A DNA stretch of 64,000 nucleotides from Chrysomallon squamiferum (GCA_012295275.1 CM022675.1:14570001-14634000), one strand, 5' to 3'. Shown: positions 1-15,203, numbered from the stretch's first letter. The notes: a model not told the origin generated them from the letters alone. A program made the numbers and translations.

Positions 1-171
1 CAGCAGAGAACATCAGCAGTGCAAGAGAGGAGCGATGATTCATGAACCGACAGCATCGACGTCTCTGACACACGTCATCGCCAACCTGAGAAGCGAACTC
101 AGAAAAACTGTTGAACGTAAACAAATCTTCTGTTTACATTTTCTACAAGTTTCAAATACCTGCAGGTGAGT

Positions 172-932
172 GTAAAGGTAATTTTTGTATATGTAAAGGA
201 TCTAATACTACTGTAGATAATTTTGGTATATAAAGGATCTAATATTACTGTAGGTAATTTTTGTATATGTAAAGGATCCAATACTACTGTAGATAATTTT
301 GGTATATAAAGGATCTAATACTACAGTAGGTAATTTTTGTATATGTAAAGGATCCAATACTACTGTAGATAATTTTGGTATATAAAGGATATAATACTAC
401 AGTAGGTAATTTTTGTATATGTAAAGGATCCGATAAAATTTTGGATCTAATCTAATACTACAGTAGGTAATTTTTGTATATGTAAAGGATTTAATCTATA
501 AAGGATTTAATCCTACTACTAGTAATTTTTGTATATAAAGGATCTAATACACTGTAGGTAATTTTTATATCACCAGAAATAATCTTCAAGTAAAACATTT
601 AAAGGATTTAATATTACAGTAGGTAATTTTTGCATATATAAAGGATCTAATACTTCTGTAGGTAATTTTTGTATATGTAAAGGATTTAATCCTACTGGTA
701 GTAATGTTTGTAAATATAAAGGATCTAATACTACTGTAGATAATTTTGGTATACGTAAAGGATCTAATATTACTGTAGGTACTTTTTATACATAAAGGAT
801 CTAGTACTACTTAGGTCATTTTTGTTTATATTAAGGATCTAGTACTACTGTAGGTAATTTTGATATATATAAAGGATCTAATACTACTGTTGTTATTTTT
901 TTGTATCACCAGGAATAATCTTCAAGTAAAAA
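172..932. repeat. Minisatellite, ~39-bp unit (TAGGTAATTTTTGTATATGTAAAGGATCTAATACTACTG), degenerate copies
   Basis: The unit recurs visibly from ~172 to ~900; an interrupting block tatcaccag(a/g)aataatcttcaagtaaaa occurs at 568 and 904. Confidence 0.9.
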
Positions 933-1309
933 ATGTTCTTTTCACTTCACAGAATTTTATAAGTTTTTGAAACATGTTTACTGTGTCTGCAACGCCTCAT
1001 TAATGTTAATTTATGTATCATTAAAAAAAAAATCCTACTGCTACCCTACTACTATTCCGGCTATTACTACTTCTACTGCTACTACTACTGATACTAATGC
1101 TATTACTATAACTATTGTTGTTGTTGTTGTGGCAGAAACAGTAGTGGTTTTAATAATAATTGTAGATGTGGTTGAGGTAGTGGTTTTGGTAGAAGTAGCA
1201 GCAGCAAAACAGCGTTGTGTTGTTATTTTTATTTATTTATTTATTTATTATTTATCTCTTTATTTAATTTTTTCCAGTTTTGGTAATGACTAAGAAAGAG
1301 GAATCAGGA

Positions 1310-1850
1310 CACTGGAGAACTGCTCTGAGATACAAAACAGTGTAAACATTGACTGTTGTTATTTTTAACACAGTGTAACGTTGACTGGTTTATTATTTAC
1401 TGTGAAGAGAACTGCTTTGAGATTTAAACGTTTTTACGAGCAGGGAATCAACTCTGTGGACTGTGAAGAGAACTGTTTGGTAATGACACTACGAGCAGGG
1501 AATGAACTCTGTGGACTGTGACTGAGATACAAAACAGTGTAAACATTGACTGGTAAGAAGACACTATGAGCAGGGAATCAACTCTGTGGACTGAGATGCA
1601 ACTGGTAAGAAGACACTACGAGCAGTGGAATGAACTCTTGAAGAGAACTGCTCTGAGATACAAAACAGACAACTCTGTGGACTGTGAAGAGAACTGCTCT
1701 GAGATACAACACAGTGTAAACATTGACTGGTAAGAAGACACTATGAGCAGCAAATCAACTCTGTGGACTGTGAAGAGAACTGACAACACAGTGAGGTAAG
1801 AAGACACTGACACAACATTGATCTGAGCAGTGACGAGATGACATATTGAT
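1310..1850. repeat. Scrambled tandem repeat, ~84-bp consensus unit with modules in shuffled order
   Basis: Recurring modules gagaactgctctgagatacaaaacag, tgtaaacattgactg, gtaagaagacacta(c/t)gagcag, aatcaactctgtggactgtgaa. Confidence 0.8.
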
Positions 1851-2187
1851 CTGTTTTTCACAGCAGAGTAACGTTACAATCTGCTGTTTACAAAGCAGTA
1901 TATAGTGGTACCAGTGTAAGAATTATGACTTTCTATCACGCTTTTTACTTCTGCTCCTAGGAATTTCCTCTTTATACATACCTGTCTCCCCGTTGTTGTG
2001 AGCCATGTGTGCGATTCAAGTAAGTACGTACGTACGTAAGTAAAACAATAACAGAGTGTGTCTATAACGGGGTGTCTGTCATATATTTATCTTTATTGTT
2101 TTGTTGTAGCTTATATTATTATAATCATCGTCGTCTCATCATCATCATCGTCACTCTCCTCCTCTGCATTATTACTATTATTATTAA

Positions 2188-2220
<33 letters not shown>

Positions 2221-3168
2221 CAGTAGTAGTTGTTGTTGTTGATGTTGTAGTAGTACAGTTGTTGTTGTTTCTATTACAGTTCTTGTTACTAAATTCCCGA
2301 ATATGTTATATATGTTATATAGGTCTACATACACGTGTGCGCACGCAGGCAAGACATTCACATATATAACTCTGTCATCAACGAGAAATGATTTGATGAT
2401 TGTAACCTGTTTATTACTACACGTTAAGAACTTCAAGAAGAATTTGCTAACTCGAGAAACGAACAACCATCTGCGTCAACTAAAAGTGGCATAAACAACT
2501 ATGTAAACAGAACATGAAAATCCATACATATCACAAAGTCAACAACAACAACAACAACGGCATTTTCGTTCCATGTATAAATAAAGGTAACCCAGAACAA
2601 TTATTTCTATCAAATTAATGATTATTTAAATCAGTATATTTTAATGTTAATTGTTACAAAGTCTAAAATACGATTTATAACATCGTAAAAAGCATTCTTA
2701 AAGTCGTGTCACTGTAAGTTACAGACCAACAGCAAAGACTCTTTTATGTGACTTTTCCCATGAATTACAGAATAACACAACGACAGGCGATATATTAAGA
2801 GCACCTTACGGTGGACAAATGAGACCAGACTATAGTCTTTGCTATATCAGTCTAGAATATCTGAAACAGAATATCGAGAAGAATTGTTCCGATTACCTCA
2901 AGCGAGCTTTCTCCGTCTAAGAATATAATTCTGTTGTAGAAATATATGGCATTTATCATTTCTGTAAGTAACTGGTTACTGTCTCTTAAATAAAAAATCA
3001 TGCTTATGTTGAGAGTAATATATTCCTTTCTTTAGCAGACTTCAATAACTAAGTAAAACAGTTGAATTATAAATAAGAAACTATCAATAATTCACAACGA
3101 ATTTCTTGCAGCTAAATATTAAAAGAGAAAAAAAGAAAATTTGTGATGAAAGACGTAAAACAACGATA

Positions 3169-3218
3169 GACTGTTTCTCTGAACTGTCGACTGTTTCTCT
3201 GAACTGTCGACTGTTTCT
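3169..3218. repeat. Perfect 20-bp tandem duplication (GACTGTTTCTCTGAACTGTC x2.5)
   Basis: Directly visible. Confidence 0.9.
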
Positions 3219-4250
3219 GGTTGCGTGTACCGCCTCCGCTACTTTGCTTCGAGCAGACTTCAAAACAAATTGTTCTCTGTTTTTAAAAATTTGATAGTGC
3301 TTTTTACTTGGAGGGCTCCAGGCCTTTGTAAACAATGTTACAGAAACTGAATGTGTTTTTTAACGGAGATTTCCATCAAACATAACAAAGCTAGATGCAG
3401 AACAAATGGTTCCCTGCCTACATACAGTAAAACGCCATGCGCTGTAATAGAAGGCGGAAAGTAAGAGGATAATAATATTAACAATGGTGATGCTAAAAGT
3501 CATGACGTGAGGTTGAATGTTATGTAAGTGGTGGAATGGTATGTAAGATAATGTAGATAATGATGATGAAAAAAAGAATCTGAAAGTTAATCATGTGTAA
3601 ATCAACCTGTATTGAAACATGATGTGTGTGTAAATATGGTTGTTTTTAGTGGTGATAAAAAAGAAAATGGAAAACCAGAGAGAGAGAGAGAGAGAGAGAA
3701 GGGGCCGAAAGAAGAGTACGAGAGAACAACAGCGATTCAAAGCAAGGCTTATTACAAGGATACGTATTTCAGATATGTAAAATTACAGCGTGTATAACAC
3801 AGAGTATCAGCAGAGGTGCCCGTCTCGGCAGAGTGAGAGAAGACAGGTCTGTATTTCTACACGTCTCTCTGGCAGCACATCAAAGAGCAGAACCAGACAA
3901 AGACTTGATCGACTAACACCCGTGTCGTTCTCACGTGCCAGTTTCACTCACAGCTTCTGATAATGTGATTATTTATAAGTCAAAAACTATTGAAGACTGA
4001 AGTTTTATTGACGTCAAGCTTTAAATTCTTTGTTAGATTGTTATAAGATAATAGAGGATTTTAGTGGGATTTTTTTTTTTTTTTAATGTGCGTATGATCT
4101 GATTGCATTGTAATGCATTTCCTGGTGAGCGAAACAGACAGAGTGAGAGAGCAAAAGATAAATAATTGCAGATGCAAGTTGTACTGGCTGCAGTAGTAGT
4201 AGTAGTAGTAGTAGTAATAGTAGTAGTAGTTGTTGTTGTAGCAGTATTAA

Positions 4251-4281
<31 letters not shown>

Positions 4282-4506
4282 TTTAAAGTGATAGTAGCAA
4301 TTGTAGCAGAAATAGTAGAGGTAGAAGACAGCTAACAAAAGCAATAGCAGTAGCAGCAGCTATAATAATAGTCGTAGTAGCGGAGACAGTATCAGCAGTA
4401 ATGGTACTAGTAGTCTTAGCAGCGGCAGTACTAGTGGAAGCGTAGTACATATTTAGTAAATTAATAATACTCGTCGTAATGTAATAAATAACAATAGCTA
4501 TGATGC

Positions 4507-4548
<42 letters not shown>

Positions 4549-4644
4549 TAGTCTTTTCTAACAGAAATATATTTGTACAATACTCATATTTACGTCCAGT
4601 AGGGAAATAATTCACAGTTATTATTATTATTATTATTATTTTTT

Positions 4645-4705
<61 letters not shown>

Positions 4706-5654
4706 CTGTTGTGGTAGTAATAGCAGCAGCAGTAGCAGAATTATATATATATAAAAATACTGGTATAATATTTTTAAACTACCAAAAGAAAATTTTAGTA
4801 TCAGATTTACTTAATTATACAGAGAAAAAACAAATTGCAATAAAATATTCCTAAACGACCAAAAGAAACATTTAAATATATTTTCTAAAACTCATATTTT
4901 CACCAATTTAAGAGAACATCAAAGAAAATTAACATTTCGCTTCATTTCTACCGTTTTTTGATTGTTGAAAGATAATCACAAAATTCATTTCCAGTGTGAT
5001 TTAGTTTTCTGCTTGCTAGTGAACCCAGTGTGCTAAACCAGCTTCCTGATATACGACGTTGTCGACATTTTTGTACCAGATTTGTTTCTTCTGAAACTGT
5101 TACAGCGTAAAATGCAAGTAAAAAACGAATGGAATAGTGGTATCTTCGTGATATTAATGCATCATGCAACTCAGAAATTATATATAGTATTTTTTAGCGA
5201 AACGAAAAAAACAAGAGCAACAAATATGAAGTAGTAGTTGTTTTGTCAAAAGTAAAAATAGCTGAAATGACAGTAGTAACTGCAGTTATAGTATTAGTAA
5301 TTAAAGCAGTGATAGCTTTATGTTAATTGTTAATCATCTTAATGATAATCAAGTAATATTATTAATTATTATGGTAATCGAAATTAGATACAGTGTGTTT
5401 TTAACTTATAAGTGGAACAAGAAAAAACAAAAAACAGATCAAGCAGTAATAGACACTAGTAACAGTAGTCAAAGTATTAGTAATTATAGAGTGACAGCTA
5501 TATGTTAATTATAATCATGTAATAGTAATAATTATCATGGTAATTGAAATAAGTAGATGCAACAGTGTAATTCAAAAATAATAATAAGTAACTGTTATAC
5601 TGTGTAGACTGACTGTAGAATATGCAGTCACTCTGTAAATTACACTGTTCTGTC

Positions 5655-5760
<106 letters not shown>

Positions 5761-6081
5761 ACAATACAGAAATGGCTGGGTGTATATAATCTGTCTGCAT
5801 TATAAATATTTCGTGATGTTTGAAAGAGAGAGAAAGAATACTGAGAACATAAAAATATGTAAGGAAAAAAGTGTTAAAGCCCATAATTTTAAATGGCCTA
5901 TGTAGGTAATTTATAAAATACAATAATTAATTAATGAAAAAGATAAAAGCGAAAATGAAACCCATAGAGACTAAATAAGTAAAACTTCAAAGATAAAATG
6001 ATGTACAAAGATTTTTAAATTTAAATAAACAATAAATGAACAACGACATTTATATATATACATATGCGTATGCAAAGAAAG

Positions 6082-6134
<53 letters not shown>

Positions 6135-7184
6135 AGCGCGCACATACCTACATAGATACATATATACATACATACATACATATATATCAAATTAAATATG
6201 TCTCTGTGTGTATATGTGTGTGTGTCTGTGTGTTTGTGTGTGTGTGTGCGTGTATTTATGTCTATATACGTTTTAAAACCAAAATATGTAAGACATGAAT
6301 ATTAAATATGTAAATTACGAAGGGCAAATTTGTACTGTGACAGTTTTGAAACGTGATGTTCTTGCAGTACGTGACAGCTGCACTGACAAACAATACTTGA
6401 TAAGTCATGGACACAGCGACAGAGAAAACAAAGGTCTTGCCTACGTCAGTGGTACTTGGAAATAAACACATCAGTAACTACCCCTCACGTTACTGTCATC
6501 TCTACTTGACAGTGTCAGGCAAATTATAATAATAATCATCATTAATGTTATCATCATTTTAATTTTATTATTTTAATTTTATTATTATTATTATAATTAT
6601 TATTATTATTATTTTACTGTCCTCATAATCATTATCATTACTTCCATCATCGTCTACATCTTCATCATCATCATCATTAGTAATAGTAATATTAATACAC
6701 TGTCATTATAATAATATCTTTATTATTATTACATTGTCGCTGTTATTATGATTGCTGTTGTTGTTGTTACTGTTACATCGTTACTACTACTACATTTTTA
6801 ACTTGCTCTTAGATTTTTTCTTTTTAAATGATACTGACCAAATTAAAATTATCCTATTATAACAGTATCACAGTGTCATTCATATATAACTGGTTTTATT
6901 TATGTGTAACTTAAGTGTAGCTTGAATACGTTTATACATTTCTTTTATTATACTTTATTCTGTTGTTGTTTGTTCGTTTTGACATTCGTTTTCTTTTCTA
7001 CACATTGTGTATAAGTGATACCCAAATTAAAACAAAGTGTCTGTATTATTAACTAAGTGAGAGAGTTTAGATTTGTTTGAAAGTTAGAGTTAAATCCTAG
7101 GGCTGAAATGATAGTTTTAATCATACGTAATTCCATTCTTGTCAACGTTTTTAAGCATACACCCACACATACATACACGCATCA

Positions 7185-7215
<31 letters not shown>

Positions 7216-7743
7216 CAGACGTACTTGTGTATTTAGAAACATGAATGCTTTCCCATACACATTCCACAACAGTTGCCTTAAAAACAATATAGTTTTACCA
7301 AATATAAATTTCAAAGACAAAAAAAAAACATAACCAATAATAAAATGCGAAATAAGGTTAAGCAACACATTAGGATCCGTTAGCTAGAAATTGTGAATAT
7401 TTATTACTAAACACGTGTTTTCATAACAGATAGGGTTTCCTCAGGGAAAGACGCTGAAAACAAATTAAAACATTTGCCGAGAATTTATCTTCCAACAGAT
7501 GCTTCCGAGATAACCATGAACCGTTTCACTTGAATACATTTTCGTTTCAACGTAGATGCATAAAATTATGACTGCTGGGGGCATCCACAATCAAAGTAGA
7601 GTTTAACCGTTTAAAACCTGGGTGGCTGCTTCAGGTTTGACTGCTCTATGTTAATGTTTTCAAACTAGCCTATGGGATCTTGGGGTGGTTGTATCTGCGT
7701 AGTAAACTCTGGGTACAACTACTACTACTACTACTACTACTAC

Positions 7744-7779
<36 letters not shown>

Positions 7780-7945
7780 TGTTAATGTGGAATTTTTTTT
7801 TATTTACTTCTGCGGCCATTTAAATGTGCATATTTATGCATGTCCACATGCAATTACAGAGATCCTATAGGTTTAGCGTGCGTCCAGGGCCGTATTATTA
7901 TTTTTGTTATCTTTGTTACATTTTGTAATTCCTCTTTCTTTCTTT

Positions 7946-7977
<32 letters not shown>

Positions 7978-8194
7978 ATATCACTTCTTTTATTTTTATT
8001 TTTAACATTTTTATTTCTTTTAGTGGCGTTCAGCTCGATTGAAAAATTATATTACTATTTTTTGTCCAAGATTCTGCCCTTATCTAAATTGTAATATTTA
8101 ATGGTAATTATTTCATATAGAATGCTTTTAAAAATAACTAAAAATGGCTTTTATGCTGAATTTCTTTTTCGGACTTTTCTTAATAATAATAATA

Positions 8195-8260
<66 letters not shown>

Positions 8261-8308
8261 CTAATATTACTACTACTGCTACTATTATTCTTACTACTGT
8301 TATTCTTA

Positions 8309-8347
<39 letters not shown>

Positions 8348-8944
8348 GTATTTATTTTTGACATGATATTTTGTATGTGGCATTTTAATATATATATAAA
8401 CACACACACATACATACATACATACATACATACATAACTTTTTGTTCTTATTATCTTATAGATATGTAAAATATTATACTAGCAGCAAAAATATACTTTG
8501 TGAAAATATAACAATATTCTCAGCAGTCTCGTATGATAAGGATAGAACGTCAGACACAGGATAACATGTTTCAACCGACTACAAAGTATAATAAATTTTC
8601 TTAAAATACAAAATAGTTCTTGTTGTGTGTTTTTTTTTTCGCCACATACACTAGTTTGAATTTATGCCAAAATCATCTCGTCATGCAGCGAAATCATATT
8701 AAGATAACTATTTCAAATATCCATCCTTTTCTATATCAGCCTAGAAACAAAACTTTCTGAGAGACGAACAGTCTATTACTGTTTTAAAATATCTAGATTA
8801 GTCTGAACTCATAAATATGTTTACACCAAGGACAAAATTAAGACACATATAGTGCTACAAGTAATAACTTGTCTCCCCTTGTCAAGATGGCGGGATAACG
8901 CAGATTGCATCGGAAACACTTGTTACTTACATTTCACTTCAAAG

Positions 8945-9400
8945 AATTACAGAGTCGTATAAAACAGTGTATATTTCACTCCTTGTTAACGAATACTCTT
9001 AATATCATAACGGTTTTCTTTATACAGCAGTTCTGTAATGTTATAATGTTTCAGATTTATCATAATAATGAAAAAAAATGTAGAATATAATTATGAAAAC
9101 GTTATCTATTAACAGAGTCCTCTGTTAAAGCGTTCATTTAATTCCTTATTAACAAATATGTTTAATATTGCAACGGTTTTATTTACATACAGCAGTTTTG
9201 TAACGAGGTGATGTTTTCAATTTAGCAGTAAACAAGAGATATGTATAGAAATTACAGACCTCTAAAACAGTGTTTATTTCATTCCTTGTTAACCTGTACT
9301 TTTATAGCATCTTGTTTTCTTTATGTTTAATAGTCATCAGTTTTACAATATATCAAATTTAATAGTAATATTGAAAAATATGTAGAATATATGAAGACCG
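8945..9400. repeat. Old degenerate tandem repeat, ~140-165-bp unit, about 3 copies
   Basis: Recurring acaga(g/c)...aaacagtg...tcctt(g/a)ttaac...acggtttt...atacagcagtt at ~8946, ~9110 and ~9250. Confidence 0.6.
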
Positions 9401-10001
9401 TTCTTTCAGAAAATATTTAGACATCGATTACAGTGTAAATTTCTCTTCCTATTAATGTATACGTTTAATACTATAATGGTATTCTTCGAATGTTTAATGT
9501 AAAATAGTATTATAATAGTGTAAATTTAACAGCTATAATTTGAAATATATAAAATAAATGAATATCTGATAAATTACAAGTATTATAATTGTAATCTTTA
9601 TATGTTGATATACAGAAATATATAAGTTGTATTAGTAATGTAATATATAAATTTAATAGTAATGAAATATTTAAAATTTAATAATAATGAAAGATAAAAA
9701 ATTCAATAGTAATAAAATATATAAAATATACTAATAACGTTATTAAGTATATATATATACATTATTGATGTTTTTGTTGTTGTTGTTGTAGTTGTTGTTT
9801 TTATTAATATTATAATCATCATCATCGTCTCCTATGCATCATCATCATCATTACTGTTATTTAATCATTAAAAAACCCACAGCAGGCTATGATAATACGA
9901 TAACATTTCTAACTGTGAAAGTAATATTTAGAAATTACAGGATTCATAGAAACCTTTGTTAAACAAATTACATTTTAATGTGATTATAATATTTCACTAT
10001 G

Positions 10002-10043
<42 letters not shown>

Positions 10044-12042
10044 TTTCAATATTTTTAAAACATTACATAATATTTTTCACTTCAAAATAACCATTAAATC
10101 TGTATATTTTTCTTTCTGTCTGTGTGTATTTTTTTATATTTAACATTCAAAAATATATATATCTCCTATTTTTGTATATAATACATTGATCTAATAGTTA
10201 ATTAGTTTTATGAATTTTTTAAAAATATTTTAAAGTGATAATACCGTTTTAGCAGTTCCTAACAATTCGATGTCACAAATAAGTGATATACTTTTGATAT
10301 TTGAACATTCAAAGTTATCATTAATTTAAGAATAGTATTATGAAATATATATAAAATAAATACTGTTGTGTTCTATTTTAGATCAATTATTAGCGCTCTG
10401 TTATTACACTTATATTATTCAGTCTATGGTAATTATTATGGTATTATAAATGATTGTTTACAAAATTTTATTGTATTATGGTTATTTCTAAGCATATATC
10501 ATTTTAAAGCAATTATAAACTCGTTTATTATAGTGTTTATTTCATTTCTTGATAATAACATATTTAAATCTATAATACTATTATTCACTTTCAATTTATA
10601 GTAATATTATTATATTATTATATACTGAAAATGAATAATACTGTTATAAATTTAAAAGTCAATAATTTTATTACAAATGAAGAAATATAGTATTTTATAC
10701 AGATATAATTATTATGATATTGCTATGGTCACTGATTTTATATTGTTGCTGTATTACATTACATTATTATACTATATTATATTACACTGTATTATGTTAT
10801 GTTATGTTATGTTGTTATATTATATTATATTATATTATATTGATGTTGTTATATTGTATTACGTTATGTTACGTTACAAAACATTACATTGTTTGGTTTT
10901 AAACTGAATGTTAACTTGAATTAAGTAATATAATAAAATGTCTGTTAATATATAATCTCACTCTATTTAATACTTCGATATTATCCACCAACAACAAAGA
11001 ACAGTAAACTTAATACGTGAGAAGTTTGATCTAATGTATCATGTATTTCAAACGAAATGACTATATTTCTAAGTCAAGTAAATAATGTGTATGTACGTGT
11101 TTTCTAAATTGAACAGAAAGTGTATGCAGTTTTTCCATACGTGGCTTTTTATATATTTAGAGGTATATTTGTTTAATGTATTTTTTTAATTATTATTGTT
11201 ATTATTATTATTGTTGTTGTTGTTGTTGTTATTTTTGTATTATATGTATATTATCTAAATCTTGAATTACCTAAATATGTAAATAAGAATTTTAAATAAA
11301 AATCTATTTACCATTTCCAAATAACCATATTTATATATTTCTATTTTTATTTTTTAAGCGTATCAAATATATTTTTAGGTTATAATAATAAACTAAACGC
11401 AAGAATTGTTACTTTCACACTTTAAAATTGCATGAGGACTATGAGTAATACAGTTCATATTGGAAAATGTAGAATTTAATTTTTTCTAGTAACTAAAATA
11501 ATTATTATTGTCAGATATATCTAGTAATGAATATCAAAGATCTGGGAGTTGTTAATGATATTTTGCTTTTTGTTAGTCCAATGACAATAAATAAATAAAT
11601 TATAAATCTTTATCAAAGTTATATAAAAAAATATTTATTTCGGAAATAAGGAAAGCCACTATGTTTTCAATGAAATCATTTTAAATGATGCCACTTTGTG
11701 AGCCCTAAGAACATAATTTTGAAAAACTGTTTCGGATCTTTGCTTGTCAAGTCCAAATTGTGGGACAAGCAGTAATCCTATACGTCGAGTATTTGATTGT
11801 GATAAAGAGCTAGGTTAGTTTAGTGTTTGATTGTTTGGAGTGCATATTTCTCAGTGGTTTTCGATATAGTTGTATGCAGATTTAGAATAAATGTTTATGA
11901 ATATCACATAGTCGATGTTAGATCATCTTAATATATTACATATTTACATGTTCATACATACCTATATACCTGCATAAGTATATATAAATATCTAACTACC
12001 TACATACACATACACATGTACACACGTACATACATACATACA

Positions 12043-12076
<34 letters not shown>

Positions 12077-13027
12077 CATATATACATATATATATACATA
12101 CATACACAAATATACTCGTAAATAGATATGTATATAATCTAAATCTTTAATTAACTAAATATATAAATAATTATATAGTAGAAAAATTAAATAAAGATAC
12201 CTTCACCTGTCCGAAATAACCATATTTACTCATTTGTGTACTAAAAATATATATATAATTTTTTTTTCTATTTTAAAACTAGAATATTTGAAGATAAAAT
12301 AAGAAAAATGTAAAATTATTTTTTATAAACTGTCAACAATTTTTGTCCGCAGTAACAAAATATGTAAAACTTAAATCTATTTTGTCCATTTCATTACTGC
12401 AGAGATTTCATTTATATTACAAGATAGTTTATTTTTCATTTTTGAAATTTTTTTTTTTTTTTTTAAATGTCAGCGTTTTATTTGTTTTTATGTTGTTGTT
12501 GTTGTTTTTTTGTTTTTGGGGGTTTTGTTTTTGTTGGGTTATTTAAATCTCTTTCCGCAAAACGATATAATTATTATAAAATTAACAGTAAAATACGTAC
12601 ATTTTGTAATGCTATATACTTATCATCATCATCATTATTATATCGTGTTGCTGATTCATATTAATTATATAGTTTTTAATTTCTGAATCATATTAAATAA
12701 AGAAAAAAGCAACTAAGAAATTGTTAAATACCGTTAAATGAGTTAAACTATATGAAATGATTAAATTAAGTGTTTTAACAAATTTAATTCCTTCACATAA
12801 TGCAGAGTAAATAAAAATACAATTTTAAAATGTAAACGAAATAACCCGCTGTGTATTTAAAATACGACCTTTGTTTATTTAAAATTACACGAAATTTTTC
12901 AGTACGGTTAATTTTTCTTAATCTTTCGCTAGGATCGTGTATTTTATTCTGTTATCTTATAAATCCTATTAATTTTGTTTATTGTTCCTGATATTATTAT
13001 TTTTATTATTATTGTTATTACTTTTAC

Positions 13028-13082
<55 letters not shown>

Positions 13083-13237
13083 GCTATTAGTACCACTACT
13101 ACTACAACTACTACTATTAATAATTTTAAAATAAAAACAGAATAAGTAAATCCGTGAAAAGAATATCTTAATTTTTAACTTGCTTTTACTATTTCATATA
13201 CGTATTTTAATGATTAAATTCACTATATTTGATAATA

Positions 13238-13300
<63 letters not shown>

Positions 13301-14117
13301 TACTATTATAAACACTGCTACTACAACTATTCTTATTATTACTACTATTTTCTTTTTCTCCATAATAATTAATTTTATGTTAGTATACTAAGGATATTTA
13401 TTAATGTAAAAGATTTCTGCAATTAGTTTATTTGTTTATTTAATTAGTAATTATAATACTTTATTAACTATTTAAAAAATTCTTCACCGCTAATTTAATA
13501 TTATACAGATTTATTTATAACTACCTGCAGGGATATTTCGTACAACGTATTTTTCATAAATATAATCACAGGACCGATTAAGTTAGAAAAATAAATTGTT
13601 TTAACTGTTTACATATATTATTTATTAATTATATTATGCCGCAACAAACTTAATATTTGACTTTTGTTAAAACTTTTTCTAAATTAATTTTAAAATCGCT
13701 TTAAAATTTATTATTTGGGACAATACATTTTAGTAGTAGTAGTGGTAGAAGTAACAGCATCATCATTAGTAGTAAGAGTAATTCAGTGATTTTTGGTTGT
13801 GTTATTTGAGAAGCGTTCCCATATTTTTCTTGTAATATAAATTGTTTGGAGTCAAAATTAGTTCAAATAATAATAAATACAAAAATAATGAAAATAAAAG
13901 AATACAATTTCAATCATTATAATTACTGCAGGGTTTGTTAGATGTTTTTTCAAAAAAAAATTTTTCAAATTAAAGTTAATTTTCTATTATTATTATTATT
14001 AAAACTTTTTATTTTTGAAAAATTTATTAACAGTAATAGCTTATTAATATTATTGTTGTTGTTGTTGTTACTATTATTATTTTTTTTATTATTTTTTATT
14101 TTTAGTATTACTACTAT

Positions 14118-14149
<32 letters not shown>

Positions 14150-14685
14150 TTATAATTTAGCTTTTAGCTTTTAACATAAATAATTTGAACTATGTTTAAA
14201 ATTTAATTCCGTTTGAATGAAATAAAACAGCTTATTTTAATTAGAGAAAAAAATCTTTAGTTAAATAACTTAAAATTTATACAAAATTGTTTTGGAAAAA
14301 ATTTAATAATTTTTAATATCTGTTTACTTTATTAATAATACAATTATTATTTAAATAAACAAAATTATACCAACAAGACATTTCCTGTGAAAATTATCAG
14401 TAAAACAATTCCTATCCTCCTATTTTCCTGTGTATGTCACGTACATACAGTCCGTACCTATTTATGTGCACCCAGACATGTCTACATGCACGTAAGTACA
14501 CACACACGAATATACAAGCACACAGACGCAGATATATGCATATACATACAAACACATATATTTATACATACATACATAAATACATATATACATGTATATA
14601 TACATACATAGACACACATACATACATAAATACATAGATGTATCCATCCATCTATCCGTCCGTCTGTACATACATACGTAAGTAT

Positions 14686-14725
<40 letters not shown>

Positions 14726-14755
14726 TTAATGTATAAAATGTCAGTTATTACTCAC

Positions 14756-15203
14756 CTTTTGGTTTATTTTCTTTCTTATCTAAGTCAGGCGAAAGACACG
14801 GAGTTGAATCAGAGTTACACACTGACGACATAGAATGATAAGAACTTTGTATTGTTTCCCCTGGATAACCTCCTCGTCCCGGGGGTGACGGAGAGGGGTA
14901 GGGATTCTGTAACTGATGTCCGTTCATTGAATAGTCTTTGCACGAAGCTGTTGAGAGGTAGTGGTTTTGGTGTCGTGAACCACGGTCGACGCCGTTGTTG
15001 TAGCTGCCGTGCATGAGACCCCACGAGTCTGCGGAATACGAAGAGTATCCTAGATTTGTGGAACCCATTCCCATGCCGCCGTGCATGCAGTCGAACGGGT
15101 TGGGACGCTGAAGGAATCTACCCATGTTGTAACCACAAGACGACGACGACGTTAAACCTGCGACGTTAGAACGACCTACAAGTCGTTCCGGTCCTTCCAT
15201 CAT
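14756..15203 (-). CDS. First coding exon (149 codons + 1 nt) of a probable developmental transcription factor, possibly a posterior Hox (Post2/AbdB-like) gene; remaining exon(s) not found, probably left of the window
   Basis: GC-rich open frame MMEGPERLVGRSNVAGLTSSSSCGYNMGRFLQRPNPFDCMHGG...YPSPSPPGRGGYPGETIQSSYHSMSSVCNSDSTPCLSPDLDKKENKPK in an otherwise AT-rich region. It ends at a consensus donor AAAG|GTGAGT (phase 1; + strand actcac 14750-14755). The S/G/Y/P/N-rich composition is typical of homeodomain-protein N-termini. No homeobox is seen, so family identity is inference from composition, surrounding motifs and neighbours. Confidence 0.65.

Noticed and set aside
14815-15024. 69-aa ORF overlapping the TF exon in another frame
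   Set aside because: Shadow frame of the GC-rich real exon, with no independent support.
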